Assembly: GCA_965261085.1 (NCBI GenBank)
Contig: OZ253442.1
Coordinates: 2,528,001 to 2,592,000, forward strand
Length of the DNA stretch: 64,000 bases
Reading direction: 5' to 3'
Source of the DNA: a bacterium
GTDB taxonomy: Bacteria; UBA8248
Positions 36,729-46,911 of this stretch are shown here, piece by piece (the first letter of the stretch is position 1; each line of letters starts with the position of its first letter). A model generated the notes under the pieces. It was not told the DNA's origin. It searched no databases and saw nothing but the letters and a program-made list of their open reading frames with translations. Both the position numbers and the translations under genes were made by a program.

Positions 36729-37979
36729 ATGCGAAAAATCCTGGTGGTTCTTGCGCGTGGCCTCGCCGACAGGCCGGTGGCGGACTTTGATGGTGAAACT
36801 CCCTTGCAGAGGGCGCGTACACCCGCGCTGGATCGCCTGGCGGATTCGGGGTTTTCCGGGGTTTGGTCTCCAGATTCCGGTGATGCTTATCCATCCCTGG
36901 ATGGGTTTCTCCGAAATTTTTTCGCCTACCCCGGTTCTTTTTCTTCTGGCCTGATGCTCGCCGCCGCCGCCAATGTTCTCCCCAATGTGGGGGAAGCGGT
37001 CTTGCGGCTCAACTTCGTGTGCTTGAAGCCCGGCGCCACGAGCGTCGTTATGCTCGACCCGACGGGCTTCGGCGTCACGGACGAGGAGAACCGCGAACTC
37101 ATCGCTTATCTGGAGCGGCACATGCCGCCCGATGAGGGCGAATCGTTTCGTTTCGAATCTCTGGGTGGCTGCGAGGCGCTTCTTTTTTATCAGCGTGCGG
37201 ATGCGGGGCTCTCACCGGAATCTTTTCGTGGCTTCTCGTCCCCACATGCGATTACCGGAAGACCCATCGGGGATCATCTGCCGGGATCGGAAGCGGCGCG
37301 GCGTTTCGTTCATTTCGTGAACGATTCCCAGATGGTGCTCTCCACCCATGCAGGGTTGAGGGAAAAGGCGGAAACCCGGATGTTCGCGGCGAACTCCGTA
37401 TGGCTTTGGGGTGGCGGCCTCGCTGAAGAGGTGGAGCGAATCTCGGAAAAAACGGGAGGCAGGGATTCTGCGCTGATTACCGACTCACAACTCGCGAAGG
37501 GCTTTGCCAAACTGGGGGGCGCGGATGTATATGAGCCGGGGGAGAAGGCGTCCGCCACCGTGTGCGAGGCGCTCTCGGGTCATGATTTCGTGTTCTCGCT
37601 CCAGGATGTGGACGATATATCCCCCTGGCGCGAGTTGGAGGAGAAAATCGAGGCCATCAAGAGGTTCGACGCCGGGTTCATGTCGCCCTTGTTGGAAGAG
37701 TTGAGCGAGCCGTGCCGCATCCTCGTGGCGGTGGATCATGGATTCAGCGTGGAGTCCCAGGAATGGACCACCGCCGCCGTCCCGTTCGCGATTGCGGATT
37801 TCGATGGAGAGAATCTCACGCCGCCGAAGCGTCCGGGTGGCTTGGCGGGTCTCTGGCGGATGATTCGCGGCGGCGATGGGGAGCAGAAAAATTTGTCCGC
37901 CGGTTTTTCCGAAGAACTGGAGCGGGCGGAGCGTGTCTATTCGCTCGATGCGGTGAAAAAACGATTGTTCAGTGGATGA
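36729..37979 (+). CDS. ApgM / cofactor-independent phosphoglycerate mutase-like protein with a degenerate active site
   Basis: TPL..A.TP.LD.LA..G..G, ANSVWLWGGG, DH motif; several metal ligands substituted. Confidence 0.8.
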   Translation: MRKILVVLARGLADRPVADFDGETPLQRARTPALDRLADSGFSGVWSPDSGDAYPSLDGFLRNFFAYPGSFSSGLMLAAAANVLPNVGEAVLRLNFVCLKPGATSVVMLDPTGFGVTDEENRELIAYLERHMPPDEGESFRFESLGGCEALLFYQRADAGLSPESFRGFSSPHAITGRPIGDHLPGSEAARRFVHFVNDSQMVLSTHAGLREKAETRMFAANSVWLWGGGLAEEVERISEKTGGRDSALITDSQLAKGFAKLGGADVYEPGEKASATVCEALSGHDFVFSLQDVDDISPWRELEEKIEAIKRFDAGFMSPLLEELSEPCRILVAVDHGFSVESQEWTTAAVPFAIADFDGENLTPPKRPGGLAGLWRMIRGGDGEQKNLSAGFSEELERAERVYSLDAVKKRLFSG

Positions 37980-37989
37980 TGGGGACAAA

Positions 37990-39198
37990 ATGAGCCTGGT
38001 CGTGAAAAAATTCGGCGGCACCTCGGTCGCGGATCTGGATAAGATTCGCGGCGTGGTGAAGCGGGTGTCAGTGGCGAAAAAATCCTGGGATCGCATCATC
38101 GTCGTGGTGAGCGCGATGGCGGGAGAAACCGATAAGCTGATTCGGCTCGCGCACGAGCTTTCGCCTCAGCCGGTGGGACGGGAGATGGATTTGCTGCTCA
38201 CCTCCGGGGAGCGTATTGCGAGTTCGCTTTTGGCCATCGCTCTCGAAGCCGCCGGGACACCCGCCATATCCCTCACGGGCGGGCAGGCGGGCATTTTGAC
38301 GGAGGGTGCCCATACCCGGGCCCGCGTGCGCTCCATCCGTCCGGCGAGGATTCTCAAGGAACTCAATGAGGGAAAGGTGGTCGTCGCCGCAGGTTTTCAG
38401 GGAGTCGATGAGTTCGATGAGGAGACGACGCTGGGGCGCGGAGGTTCCGACCTTACCGCCGTGGCGTTGGCTGCGGCGCTTGAAGCGGATCGCTGTGAGA
38501 TTTATACCGATGTGGACGGGGTGTACACGGCCGACCCGCGCCTTGTCCCCGACGCGAAGCGCATGGAGCAGATATCGTTCGAGGAGATGATGGAACTCGC
38601 GTCCCTGGGCGTGAAAGTGCTGCAGGCGCGCTCTGTGGATCTGGCGGCGAAGTATGACCTTCCACTCGTTGTCCGCTCTGCGTTTGATGAAGGAGAGGGA
38701 ACATTGATCATTCCAGAGTCGACGGGAATCGAGTCCCCCGCCGTTCGCGGCGTGAGCTGCGATTCGAAGCAATCGAAACTCACGATTAGCGGCGTGCCCG
38801 ACAGGCCCGGCATTGCTGCTGCCTTGTTTGGCCAGTTGGCCGAGAAATCCATCATGGTGGACATGATCGTCCAGAACGTGAGCGAAAACGGTTTGACCGA
38901 CATCTCCATCACGGTGAATAGCGATATGGCGGGGGAGGTGGAGCGCATCATGCATCAATCGCATGAATCCCTGGGCGACGCCGCTATCTCGCGCGACGAT
39001 GAAATAGCAAAGGTCTCCGTCGTGGGCGTGGGCATGAAGAGCCAGGCCGGCGTGGCGGCGCGCGTTTTCTCCGCTTTGGCGAGAAGCCGCATTAACATCA
39101 TGATGATCTCGACTTCCGAGATTTCCATATCCGTGGTGGTGCGTCAGGCGGACTCCGAGAATTCGGTGCGCGTGCTGCATAAGGAGTTTATTGGTTGA
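37990..39198 (+). CDS. lysC: Aspartate kinase
   Basis: [32 protein letters not shown]; two ACT domains. Confidence 0.97.
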   Translation: MSLVVKKFGGTSVADLDKIRGVVKRVSVAKKSWDRIIVVVSAMAGETDKLIRLAHELSPQPVGREMDLLLTSGERIASSLLAIALEAAGTPAISLTGGQAGILTEGAHTRARVRSIRPARILKELNEGKVVVAAGFQGVDEFDEETTLGRGGSDLTAVALAAALEADRCEIYTDVDGVYTADPRLVPDAKRMEQISFEEMMELASLGVKVLQARSVDLAAKYDLPLVVRSAFDEGEGTLIIPESTGIESPAVRGVSCDSKQSKLTISGVPDRPGIAAALFGQLAEKSIMVDMIVQNVSENGLTDISITVNSDMAGEVERIMHQSHESLGDAAISRDDEIAKVSVVGVGMKSQAGVAARVFSALARSRINIMMISTSEISISVVVRQADSENSVRVLHKEFIG

Positions 39199-40172
39199 GC
39201 GATGTGTTGACGTTTCAGGAAGTAATTATGGGGCTGGAGAAGTACTGGTCTCAAAAAGGGTGCGTCATCCAGCAGCCATACGACATCGAGGTCGGCGCGG
39301 GCACGATGAACCCGGCCACTTTTTTGCGCTCTCTCGGCCCCGAACCCTGGAAGGTGGCCTACGTCGAGCCCAGCAGGAGGCCCACGGACGGCCGCTACGG
39401 GGAGAACCCGAACAGGCTCCAGCACTATTATCAGTACCAGGTGATTCTGAAGCCCTCGCCCATCGACGTGCAGGAGCAGTATCTGGAAAGCCTCAAGAGT
39501 TTGGGGGTCGACCCGCTCGAGCACGATATTCGTTTTGTCGAGGATGACTGGGAATCGCCGAACCTCGGCGCGTGGGGCCTGGGCTGGGAGGTGTGGCTCG
39601 ACGGCATGGAAGTCACGCAGTTCACCTATTTTCAGCAGGCAGGCGGGCTGGATTTGGATCTGGTGTCCGCGGAGTTGACTTACGGGCTCGAACGCATCGC
39701 CATGTACCTACAAGGGGTGGAGAGCGTGTACGACCTCGTCTGGGCGCGAGAGGCGGATGGCGGGGTGATCAGATACGCCGACGTGCATTACCAGACGGAA
39801 GTGGAGTTCAGCCACTACAATTTCGAAGAGGCGGACGTAACCATTCATTTTGACATTTTTGATAAATACGAGGCCGAAGGTTTGCGCCTCGTGGAGAAGG
39901 GCCTCACGTTTCCCGCCTATGATCACGCACTCAAGTGTTCGCACACCTTTAATCTTCTGGATGCGCGAGGCGCCATCAGCGTGAGCGAGCGGGCGCGCTA
40001 TATCGGCAGAATCAGAAAAATGGCGCGCGCATGCGCCGAAAGCTATCTGAAATCCCGCTACGCGGCCGGTTTCTCTCTCATCAAGGACGAAGCGCAGCGA
40101 AGGGAGCATATCGCCCTCTACGCCGCGCAATACGACGCGATAGAGGCGAAGCCAAGCGCGGGCAAGGGGTAG
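39195..40172 (+). CDS. glyQ: Glycine--tRNA ligase alpha subunit
   Basis: [37 protein letters not shown]. Confidence 0.98.
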   Translation: MSDVLTFQEVIMGLEKYWSQKGCVIQQPYDIEVGAGTMNPATFLRSLGPEPWKVAYVEPSRRPTDGRYGENPNRLQHYYQYQVILKPSPIDVQEQYLESLKSLGVDPLEHDIRFVEDDWESPNLGAWGLGWEVWLDGMEVTQFTYFQQAGGLDLDLVSAELTYGLERIAMYLQGVESVYDLVWAREADGGVIRYADVHYQTEVEFSHYNFEEADVTIHFDIFDKYEAEGLRLVEKGLTFPAYDHALKCSHTFNLLDARGAISVSERARYIGRIRKMARACAESYLKSRYAAGFSLIKDEAQRREHIALYAAQYDAIEAKPSAGKG

Positions 40173-40183
40173 GGGGTTTCGAT

Positions 40184-42388
40184 TTGAGTAAAGAACTGGT
40201 TTTTGAAATCGGGACCGAGGAGATCCCCTCCACCTACATGCCGGGGATGATAGCCGCTCTAAAGGAGCGGGCCGAGGCGGCGTTTGATAACGCGCGCCTG
40301 GATTATGCGGGTTTGGAGACGTTCGGAACGCCCAGGCGACTCGTCTTGCACGTGGCGGAGTTGGCTGAGCGCCAGAAACCGCTTCAAGAGGAAGTGCTGG
40401 GCCCCCCCGTGAAAAACGCATTCGATGAGGACGGGAATCCGACCAAAGCGGCTCTCGGCTTCGCCAGGACGAATGGGGCGGATGTTTCCGAACTGAAGAA
40501 GGTGGATACGCCCAAGGGCGCGCGCCTGATGTATTTCAGACAAGATTTAGGGGATGAGGCCAAAACCGTTTTGGGGCCTTTGCTGACGAAGCTCATCCGG
40601 GAGTTGCCGTCTCCGAAATCCATGCGCTGGGGAGCCGGTAAGTTCTCCTTCGTCCGGCCCGTGCAATGGATTTTGGCCCTTTATGGTCAGGAGTGTGTCG
40701 ACGGTCCCGCATCGAGTGAAGAGGCATCGCTTCCGCCCTTTGGGTCGATCACGTACGGCCATAGATTTCATGCAAATAAAAAATTGCATATCAGTAAGTT
40801 CCAGGATTATATTGATGTATTACGTGAAAATAATGTAGAGCCTTTTGTCGATGACGGAAGCGGTGGCGGGCGCATCCCCATGGTGCGCGCAGGCGTTCTG
40901 GAGGCCACCGAATCCAAGGGCGGTGAACCCGCGGCGGATGCGGAGGCTGTGGAGCGTCTGGTCGAGAAGGTGGCGCATCTGGTGGAGTGGCCGTTTCCGG
41001 TGTCGTGCGGGTTCGATGAAAAATTTTTGGATTTGCCGAGAGAGGTTATCATCTCCACCCTGGAGGTGCACCAAAGATGTTTTGCGCTCAAGGAAAAGGG
41101 TGGTGAACGGCTCATTCCTGCCTTCATCGGCGTGAGCAACACGCAGGCGAAGGATATGGGCGTGGTGCGCAAAGGTTATGAGCGCGTCGTGCGCGCCAGA
41201 TTGGAGGACGCGGATTTTTATTGGCGACAGGACCTCGAAACGCCCCTCGTCGACATGGCGGAGGAATTGAAGGGTGTGGTCTATCATCCGAGGCTGGGCA
41301 CGAGTTGGGACAAGGTCGAACGCTTCAGGCGCCTGAGCGCATGGCTGTGCGAAAAGCTCGCGCCGGGCGACGGAGCTTTGGCGAAAACCGTGGACGAGGC
41401 GGCATCACTGTGTAAGGCGGATTTAACCAGCGGTATGGTCTATGAATTCCCCGAGCTTCAGGGCGTCATGGGCCGGCGCTATGCCGAGCGTGAGGGCAGG
41501 GACGAGGCGGTATCCCGCGCCATATATGAACACTATCTCCCCAGGGGAGAGGGAGACGATTTTCCGGAAGGCCATGCGGGGGCCATCGTGGGGCTTGCCG
41601 ACCGCATGGACACCATCGTCGGTATGGTGGGGCTCGGCTACCTGCCCAGCGGTTCGGAGGATCCTTATGCGCTCAGACGCGCGGCCAACGCGATTCTGCT
41701 CATTCTGGAGGATAAGGGTTTCAGGATATCCTTGCCCGAATGGGTGACAGTAGCGAGCGAACTTCTCGAGGATAAGTTCAAAGACGGCGTCGAGGCGTCA
41801 AAAAGAATTTTGGGCTTTCTGCGCAACCGGTTGTCCGCCTATCTGTCGCGCGGCGGCGCGCGCGGCGACCTGGTGGAGGCGGTGCTCGCGGCGGGAGGCG
41901 ATTCAGGCTGGCGCGACGTGATAGATGCACGGGCGCGTCTCCGCGCCCTGGAGCGGTTGGCGTCGAGCGAAGAGACCTTCGAGCCGCTCACGACGACCTT
42001 CAAGCGGGTGAGCAACATCATCCGCAAGGCCAATGAGGGTGGTGAACATGATGCGGCGGACAATCTGGATGCGCGGCTTCTCGTGGATGACGCCGAGAAG
42101 AAGCTGAACGCATCCTTGGGCGCGGTTTCAGAAGCGGTGAGAGAAGCGCTGGCGAGCGTCCGGCCGGGAGACGCCGCCTCCCTGGAGGAAGCCTACGTTT
42201 CGGCGAATACCTCCATCGAGGAAATCCGGCCCGTGGTGGATGATTTTTTCGAAGAGGTGATGGTGATGGACGAGGATGCCGCCTTGCGAAAAAACCGCCT
42301 TGCGCTGATGGCCGGTGTGGGCGCACTGTTTTCGGCGAACGCGGATTTTACGAAAATTCAATTGAGGGCAACGAAAAAATCGGAGTAG
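40184..42388 (+). CDS. glyS: Glycine--tRNA ligase beta subunit
   Basis: EIGTEEIP, TPRRL, K.MRWG, EFPELQGVMG, DPYALRR, NRLAL; TTG start at 40184. Confidence 0.97.
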   Translation: MSKELVFEIGTEEIPSTYMPGMIAALKERAEAAFDNARLDYAGLETFGTPRRLVLHVAELAERQKPLQEEVLGPPVKNAFDEDGNPTKAALGFARTNGADVSELKKVDTPKGARLMYFRQDLGDEAKTVLGPLLTKLIRELPSPKSMRWGAGKFSFVRPVQWILALYGQECVDGPASSEEASLPPFGSITYGHRFHANKKLHISKFQDYIDVLRENNVEPFVDDGSGGGRIPMVRAGVLEATESKGGEPAADAEAVERLVEKVAHLVEWPFPVSCGFDEKFLDLPREVIISTLEVHQRCFALKEKGGERLIPAFIGVSNTQAKDMGVVRKGYERVVRARLEDADFYWRQDLETPLVDMAEELKGVVYHPRLGTSWDKVERFRRLSAWLCEKLAPGDGALAKTVDEAASLCKADLTSGMVYEFPELQGVMGRRYAEREGRDEAVSRAIYEHYLPRGEGDDFPEGHAGAIVGLADRMDTIVGMVGLGYLPSGSEDPYALRRAANAILLILEDKGFRISLPEWVTVASELLEDKFKDGVEASKRILGFLRNRLSAYLSRGGARGDLVEAVLAAGGDSGWRDVIDARARLRALERLASSEETFEPLTTTFKRVSNIIRKANEGGEHDAADNLDARLLVDDAEKKLNASLGAVSEAVREALASVRPGDAASLEEAYVSANTSIEEIRPVVDDFFEEVMVMDEDAALRKNRLALMAGVGALFSANADFTKIQLRATKKSE

Positions 42389-42445
42389 TTTTTAGCCACC
42401 CAAACTATTGTTCAGACGCGCGAGAGGCGCGGGAGGATGTAGGTG

Positions 42446-45094
42446 ATGACGGAGAAGATGATTTATTCCTTTGGCGCCGGGCGAACCGATGGCAGCGCCG
42501 ATATGCGCGAACTGCTGGGTGGTAAGGGCGCGAATCTGGCGGAGATGGCGAGCCTGGATATCCCCGTGCCGCCGGGCTTTACCATCACCACGCAGGTTTG
42601 CGTCGATTATCTGAAACAAAACGCGTTTCCCGAGGGCCTCTGGGAAGACGTGAAAGAGCAGATGGCGCACTTGGAAGATGCAATGGGAGCGCAATTCGGT
42701 GGCGATGAAAATCCGCTTTTGGTGAGCGTGCGCTCAGGCGCACGCGATTCGATGCCGGGCATGATGGATACCGTCCTCAATTTGGGGATGAACGACAAGA
42801 CGGTCGCCGCTCTCGAAAAAAAATCGGGCAGCCGCCGTTTCGCATACGACAGCTATCGCAGGTTCATCAACATGTTCGGCAACGTGGTTCTCGAAATGGA
42901 GCACCACGATTTCGAATCGAAGATCGAGGCGATGAAGCAGCGCAAGGGGGCCGCGTCCGATTTGGACCTGACGGCGGACGACCTAGCCGAGCTGGTGGAT
43001 GAATACGCCGCTCTCGTGCAAGAGAAAACGGGTTCGAGTTTCCCCCAGGACCCTTACGAACAATTGCGGTTATCTATTGAGTCAGTGTTCAAGTCCTGGA
43101 ACAACGATCGCGCCTTCACCTACCGTCGGCTGTATCACATTCCCCACGACTGGGGCACCGCCGTCAACGTGCAGTGCATGGTTTATGGCAACATGGGCGA
43201 GGATTGCTGCACCGGGGTCGCTTTCTCGCGCAATCCCGCGACCGGCGAGCACGCGCTATATGGCGAGATTCTCTTCAACGCCCAGGGCGAAGACGTGGTG
43301 GCGGGCATCAGGACGCCTGAACCCATCGAAAACCTCAGGGGAAAAATGCCCGAGTGTTATGCAGAGTTTGAAAGCATTACCGAAAAGCTCGAAGCCCATT
43401 ACAAAGATATGCAGGACATGGAGTTTACGATTCAGAACGGGCGTCTGTTCATGCTCCAGACGAGAAACGGTAAGCGCACGGCGGCGGCGGCCGTGCGGAT
43501 CGCCATCCAGTTGGTGAGGGAAGGCGTGATAGACAGGCGAGTTGCTTTGCAGATGGTGGACCCCGATAGCCTGGACCAACTGCTGCATCCGATGATCGAT
43601 GTGGAAGGGGAGTTGAAAGTGGTGGCCAAGGGCCTGGCCGCATCGCCGGGCGCCGCCGTGGGCCGGGTTGTGTTCACCGCCACGGATGCGGTGGAGCGGG
43701 CGGAGGCGGGAGATCCCGTCATCCTGGTGCGTCAGGAGACGAGCCCCGAAGACATTAACGGGATGAACGTTTCCCAGGGCATCCTCACGGCGCGGGGCGG
43801 GCTCACCTCGCATGCGGCCGTCGTCGCGAGGCAGATGGGCAAATGCTGCGTCACCGGCTGCAGCGCCCTGAACGTAAGGGGAGATGAGAAGGTGATTCGC
43901 GTGAACGGCGAAACGATATTGGAGGGAGATTTTATTTCCTTGAACGGAAATACCGGCGAGGTGATTCTGGGTGAGGCGAAACTCAAACAACCCGAGCTTT
44001 CGGGGGATTTCGCCACCCTGATGGAATGGGCGGATGAGATCAGGACTTTGGGGGTTCGCGCGAACGCCGACACGGTGACGGATAGCAAGGCGGCTCTCAA
44101 ATTCGGCTGCGAGGGAATCGGCCTGTGCCGCACGGAGCACATGTTCTTCGAGGGGGAGCGCATCGACTATGTGCGCGCGATGATTCTGGCGGCTACGGAG
44201 GAAGAAAGGCGAGATGCGCTCGATCATCTCCTGCCCATGCAGCGCGAGGATTTCATCGGCATCTTCGAAGTGATGAAGGAAAGGCCAGTGACGATCAGGC
44301 TCCTGGATCCGCCGCTTCACGAGTTTTTGCCCAAAACGGAAGAAGACATGGAGCAGGTGGCCAGGTTATTGGGGGTAGGGCTGGATACCGTGCGACACGC
44401 CACGGAAGCGACCGAAGAGCAGAACCCGATGTTGGGCCACCGCGGCTGTCGTCTGGTGGTCACGTATCCCGAAATCGCCGAAATGCAGGTGCGAGCCATC
44501 ATCGAGGCGGCCTGTGAGATGAAATCTCGGGGCATGGACGTGTTGCCTGAAATCATGATTCCCCTCACCTCCGGCATAGGGGAATGGGAGTTCAATCGCG
44601 ACATCGTGCACGATACCGCCGGGAAGGTGATCGAAGAAAAAGGCGTCACGCCCCGCTACCTCACGGGCACGATGATCGAAATTCCCAGGGCCTGCCTCCT
44701 GGCGGGAGAGATTGCCGAGAGTGCGGAATTCTTCAGTTTCGGCACGAACGATCTGACCCAGTTGACCTATGGTTTGAGCCGCGATGACGCGGGCTGGTTT
44801 CTGCCCACGTACATCGAAAAGGATTTGATTTCCAGAGATCCTTTCGTGGCCGTTGATCGTGAGGGAGTGGGCGAGATGGTGCAAATCGGCATGGAGCGCG
44901 GCCGTGCGAGACGGGCGGATCTCGAGGTGGGCATTTGCGGGGAACATGGCGGTGAACCCACGTCGGTTGAATTTTGCCATATGATGAAAATGGATTACGT
45001 CTCCTGCGCTCCGTACCGGGCCCCGATTGCGAGGCTCGCCGCCGCTCAGGCGGCCATAACGCACGGTTCATACCAAACGGTCGAAATCCATTGA
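42446..45094 (+). CDS. ppdK: Pyruvate, phosphate dikinase
   Basis: LGGKGANLAEM, SMPGMMDT, GGLTSHAAVVAR (phospho-His), FSFGTNDLTQ, GICGEHGG. Confidence 0.98.
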   Translation: MTEKMIYSFGAGRTDGSADMRELLGGKGANLAEMASLDIPVPPGFTITTQVCVDYLKQNAFPEGLWEDVKEQMAHLEDAMGAQFGGDENPLLVSVRSGARDSMPGMMDTVLNLGMNDKTVAALEKKSGSRRFAYDSYRRFINMFGNVVLEMEHHDFESKIEAMKQRKGAASDLDLTADDLAELVDEYAALVQEKTGSSFPQDPYEQLRLSIESVFKSWNNDRAFTYRRLYHIPHDWGTAVNVQCMVYGNMGEDCCTGVAFSRNPATGEHALYGEILFNAQGEDVVAGIRTPEPIENLRGKMPECYAEFESITEKLEAHYKDMQDMEFTIQNGRLFMLQTRNGKRTAAAAVRIAIQLVREGVIDRRVALQMVDPDSLDQLLHPMIDVEGELKVVAKGLAASPGAAVGRVVFTATDAVERAEAGDPVILVRQETSPEDINGMNVSQGILTARGGLTSHAAVVARQMGKCCVTGCSALNVRGDEKVIRVNGETILEGDFISLNGNTGEVILGEAKLKQPELSGDFATLMEWADEIRTLGVRANADTVTDSKAALKFGCEGIGLCRTEHMFFEGERIDYVRAMILAATEEERRDALDHLLPMQREDFIGIFEVMKERPVTIRLLDPPLHEFLPKTEEDMEQVARLLGVGLDTVRHATEATEEQNPMLGHRGCRLVVTYPEIAEMQVRAIIEAACEMKSRGMDVLPEIMIPLTSGIGEWEFNRDIVHDTAGKVIEEKGVTPRYLTGTMIEIPRACLLAGEIAESAEFFSFGTNDLTQLTYGLSRDDAGWFLPTYIEKDLISRDPFVAVDREGVGEMVQIGMERGRARRADLEVGICGEHGGEPTSVEFCHMMKMDYVSCAPYRAPIARLAAAQAAITHGSYQTVEIH

Positions 45095-45110
45095 GCGGGA
45101 TTCCCCTTTG

Positions 45111-46268
45111 ATGGTTCACCTCTCCGCCGAGCGGAAAAATGAGTTGATGGCAGAAGCCCTGTCCCTCGCGGCGCGCGCGGAGGGAATGACGAGCCCCAAT
45201 CCACTAGTCGGGGCTGTTGTTCTTGACGCCGCCGGAGAGACAGCGGGCCGGGGCTGGCACCGAAAGGCGGGGGAGCCGCACGCGGAAGTCCTGGCTTTGC
45301 AAGACGCGGGTGATCGTGCGCGAGGCGGCGTTTTAATCCTCACTCTGGAGCCATGTTCTCACCAGGGCAGAACTCCCCCTTGCGCGCCTTTCGTGGTGGA
45401 GGCGGGCGTTTCTCACGTCATCGTCGCCGTCTCGGACCCGAACCCACAAGTGTCCGGCAAAGGATTTGCGCACCTGCGCGCGCATGGCGTCGGGGTGGAA
45501 ATTGGCATAATGGCCGAGGAGGCGGTGCGCCAGAATGAAGTCTATTTTCACTGGTGGCAGCGTGGTCGCCCCTTTCTTACCCTGAAGGCCGCTGCGAGTC
45601 TGGACGGGAAAATCGCCACCCGAAGCGGGCAGAGCAGGTGGATAACGGGCGAGGCGGCGAGAAACGCAGGCCATCATTTCAGAAACAAAGTGGACGCCAT
45701 TTTAGTGGGAGTGGAGACGGTCCTGGAGGACGACCCGTTGCTTACGGCGCGGCCCGATGGCGTTCCGGGCAAGCCATTGACGAGAGTTGTCTTGGATTCC
45801 AGGCTCAGGACGCCCTCTCACGCCCGGATTCTGGCCTCTCGGGAGGGGAGTTCCACCATCGTCGCGACTACGGACGCGGCCCCCACGGCCAAAGAAGAGG
45901 CGTTGCGCGAAACGGGTGCGGAAATCATCCGCATAGGAGCGGACCCGCAGGGCCGGGTGTCGCTCGCTCTGCTGTTAGGGGTGTTGGGAAGCCGCGGCGT
46001 TCGTCATATTCTCGTGGAAGGCGGCGGACGGGTGCACGGTTCATTTATTCGGGAGGGTTTGGCGGATCGTCTCCTTTATTTTTTGGCGCCCCTGGTGGTT
46101 GGGGATGCGCAGGCTCCGGGCGCGATTTCCGGACTTGATGAATCGGAATTGCAATCTCTCCCCGGATTATTTAATGTAATACATGAAGTTATTGGGGATG
46201 ATTTGTTGATTCAAGGATATTTCAAAAAACCGATCTGGAAAGACATAGGGGACGGGGCGAGTGTTTAG
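45111..46268 (+). CDS. ribD: Riboflavin biosynthesis deaminase/reductase RibD
   Basis: PNPLVG, HAE, LEPCSH.GRTPPC, SLDGKIA, VEGG. Confidence 0.96.
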   Translation: MVHLSAERKNELMAEALSLAARAEGMTSPNPLVGAVVLDAAGETAGRGWHRKAGEPHAEVLALQDAGDRARGGVLILTLEPCSHQGRTPPCAPFVVEAGVSHVIVAVSDPNPQVSGKGFAHLRAHGVGVEIGIMAEEAVRQNEVYFHWWQRGRPFLTLKAAASLDGKIATRSGQSRWITGEAARNAGHHFRNKVDAILVGVETVLEDDPLLTARPDGVPGKPLTRVVLDSRLRTPSHARILASREGSSTIVATTDAAPTAKEEALRETGAEIIRIGADPQGRVSLALLLGVLGSRGVRHILVEGGGRVHGSFIREGLADRLLYFLAPLVVGDAQAPGAISGLDESELQSLPGLFNVIHEVIGDDLLIQGYFKKPIWKDIGDGASV

Positions 46269-46911
46269 CGGGATCATCGAGACCATCGGCGCGATTCGCT
46301 CATTGAGAAAAGACGCCAAAGGTGCGCGAATCGCCATCGAGGCGCCGGGTCTTTTGAACGGGGTGCGGTTGGGGGATTCCATTGCGCTTAATGGCGTTTG
46401 CGTCACGGTGGTCGATTTTGATGAAAGAAAGTTCGAGGCCGATTTGTCCATCGAGACGCTGAGGCGTACGAATTTAGGGGAACTGGCTGTTGGCGACGGA
46501 TGCAACCTGGAGCGCGCCATGGCGCTGGGAGAACGCTTGGGCGGGCATCTCGTGAGTGGCCACGCGGACGGCGTGGGCAGGATCAAGAATAGAAAAAACG
46601 AGGGCGACTCCATTTGGCTCACATTCGAGGCCCCGGTGGAGGTGATGCGCTATGTCGTCTATAAAGGTTCTATCGCGGTCGATGGAATCAGCCTGACGGT
46701 AGCGGCATGTGACGGTGAGACTTTTTCGGTTTCCATCATCCCGCATACGGGTGAGCAAACGACGCTCACGGATAAGAAAGACGGCGCCGCCGTGAACCTG
46801 GAGGCGGATTTGATTGGAAAATACGTGGAAAAGCTGCTCGTTCCCCACATAGAATCGAGGTCTCCAAGCGGCGTCACGATGGAAAAACTAAAGGAGCAAG
46901 GCTATGCCTGA
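46261..46911 (+). CDS. ribE: Riboflavin synthase
   Basis: MFSGII, GDSIALNGVC, LGGH.VSGH.DG, KGSIAVDGISLTV. Confidence 0.96.
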   Translation: MFSGIIETIGAIRSLRKDAKGARIAIEAPGLLNGVRLGDSIALNGVCVTVVDFDERKFEADLSIETLRRTNLGELAVGDGCNLERAMALGERLGGHLVSGHADGVGRIKNRKNEGDSIWLTFEAPVEVMRYVVYKGSIAVDGISLTVAACDGETFSVSIIPHTGEQTTLTDKKDGAAVNLEADLIGKYVEKLLVPHIESRSPSGVTMEKLKEQGYA

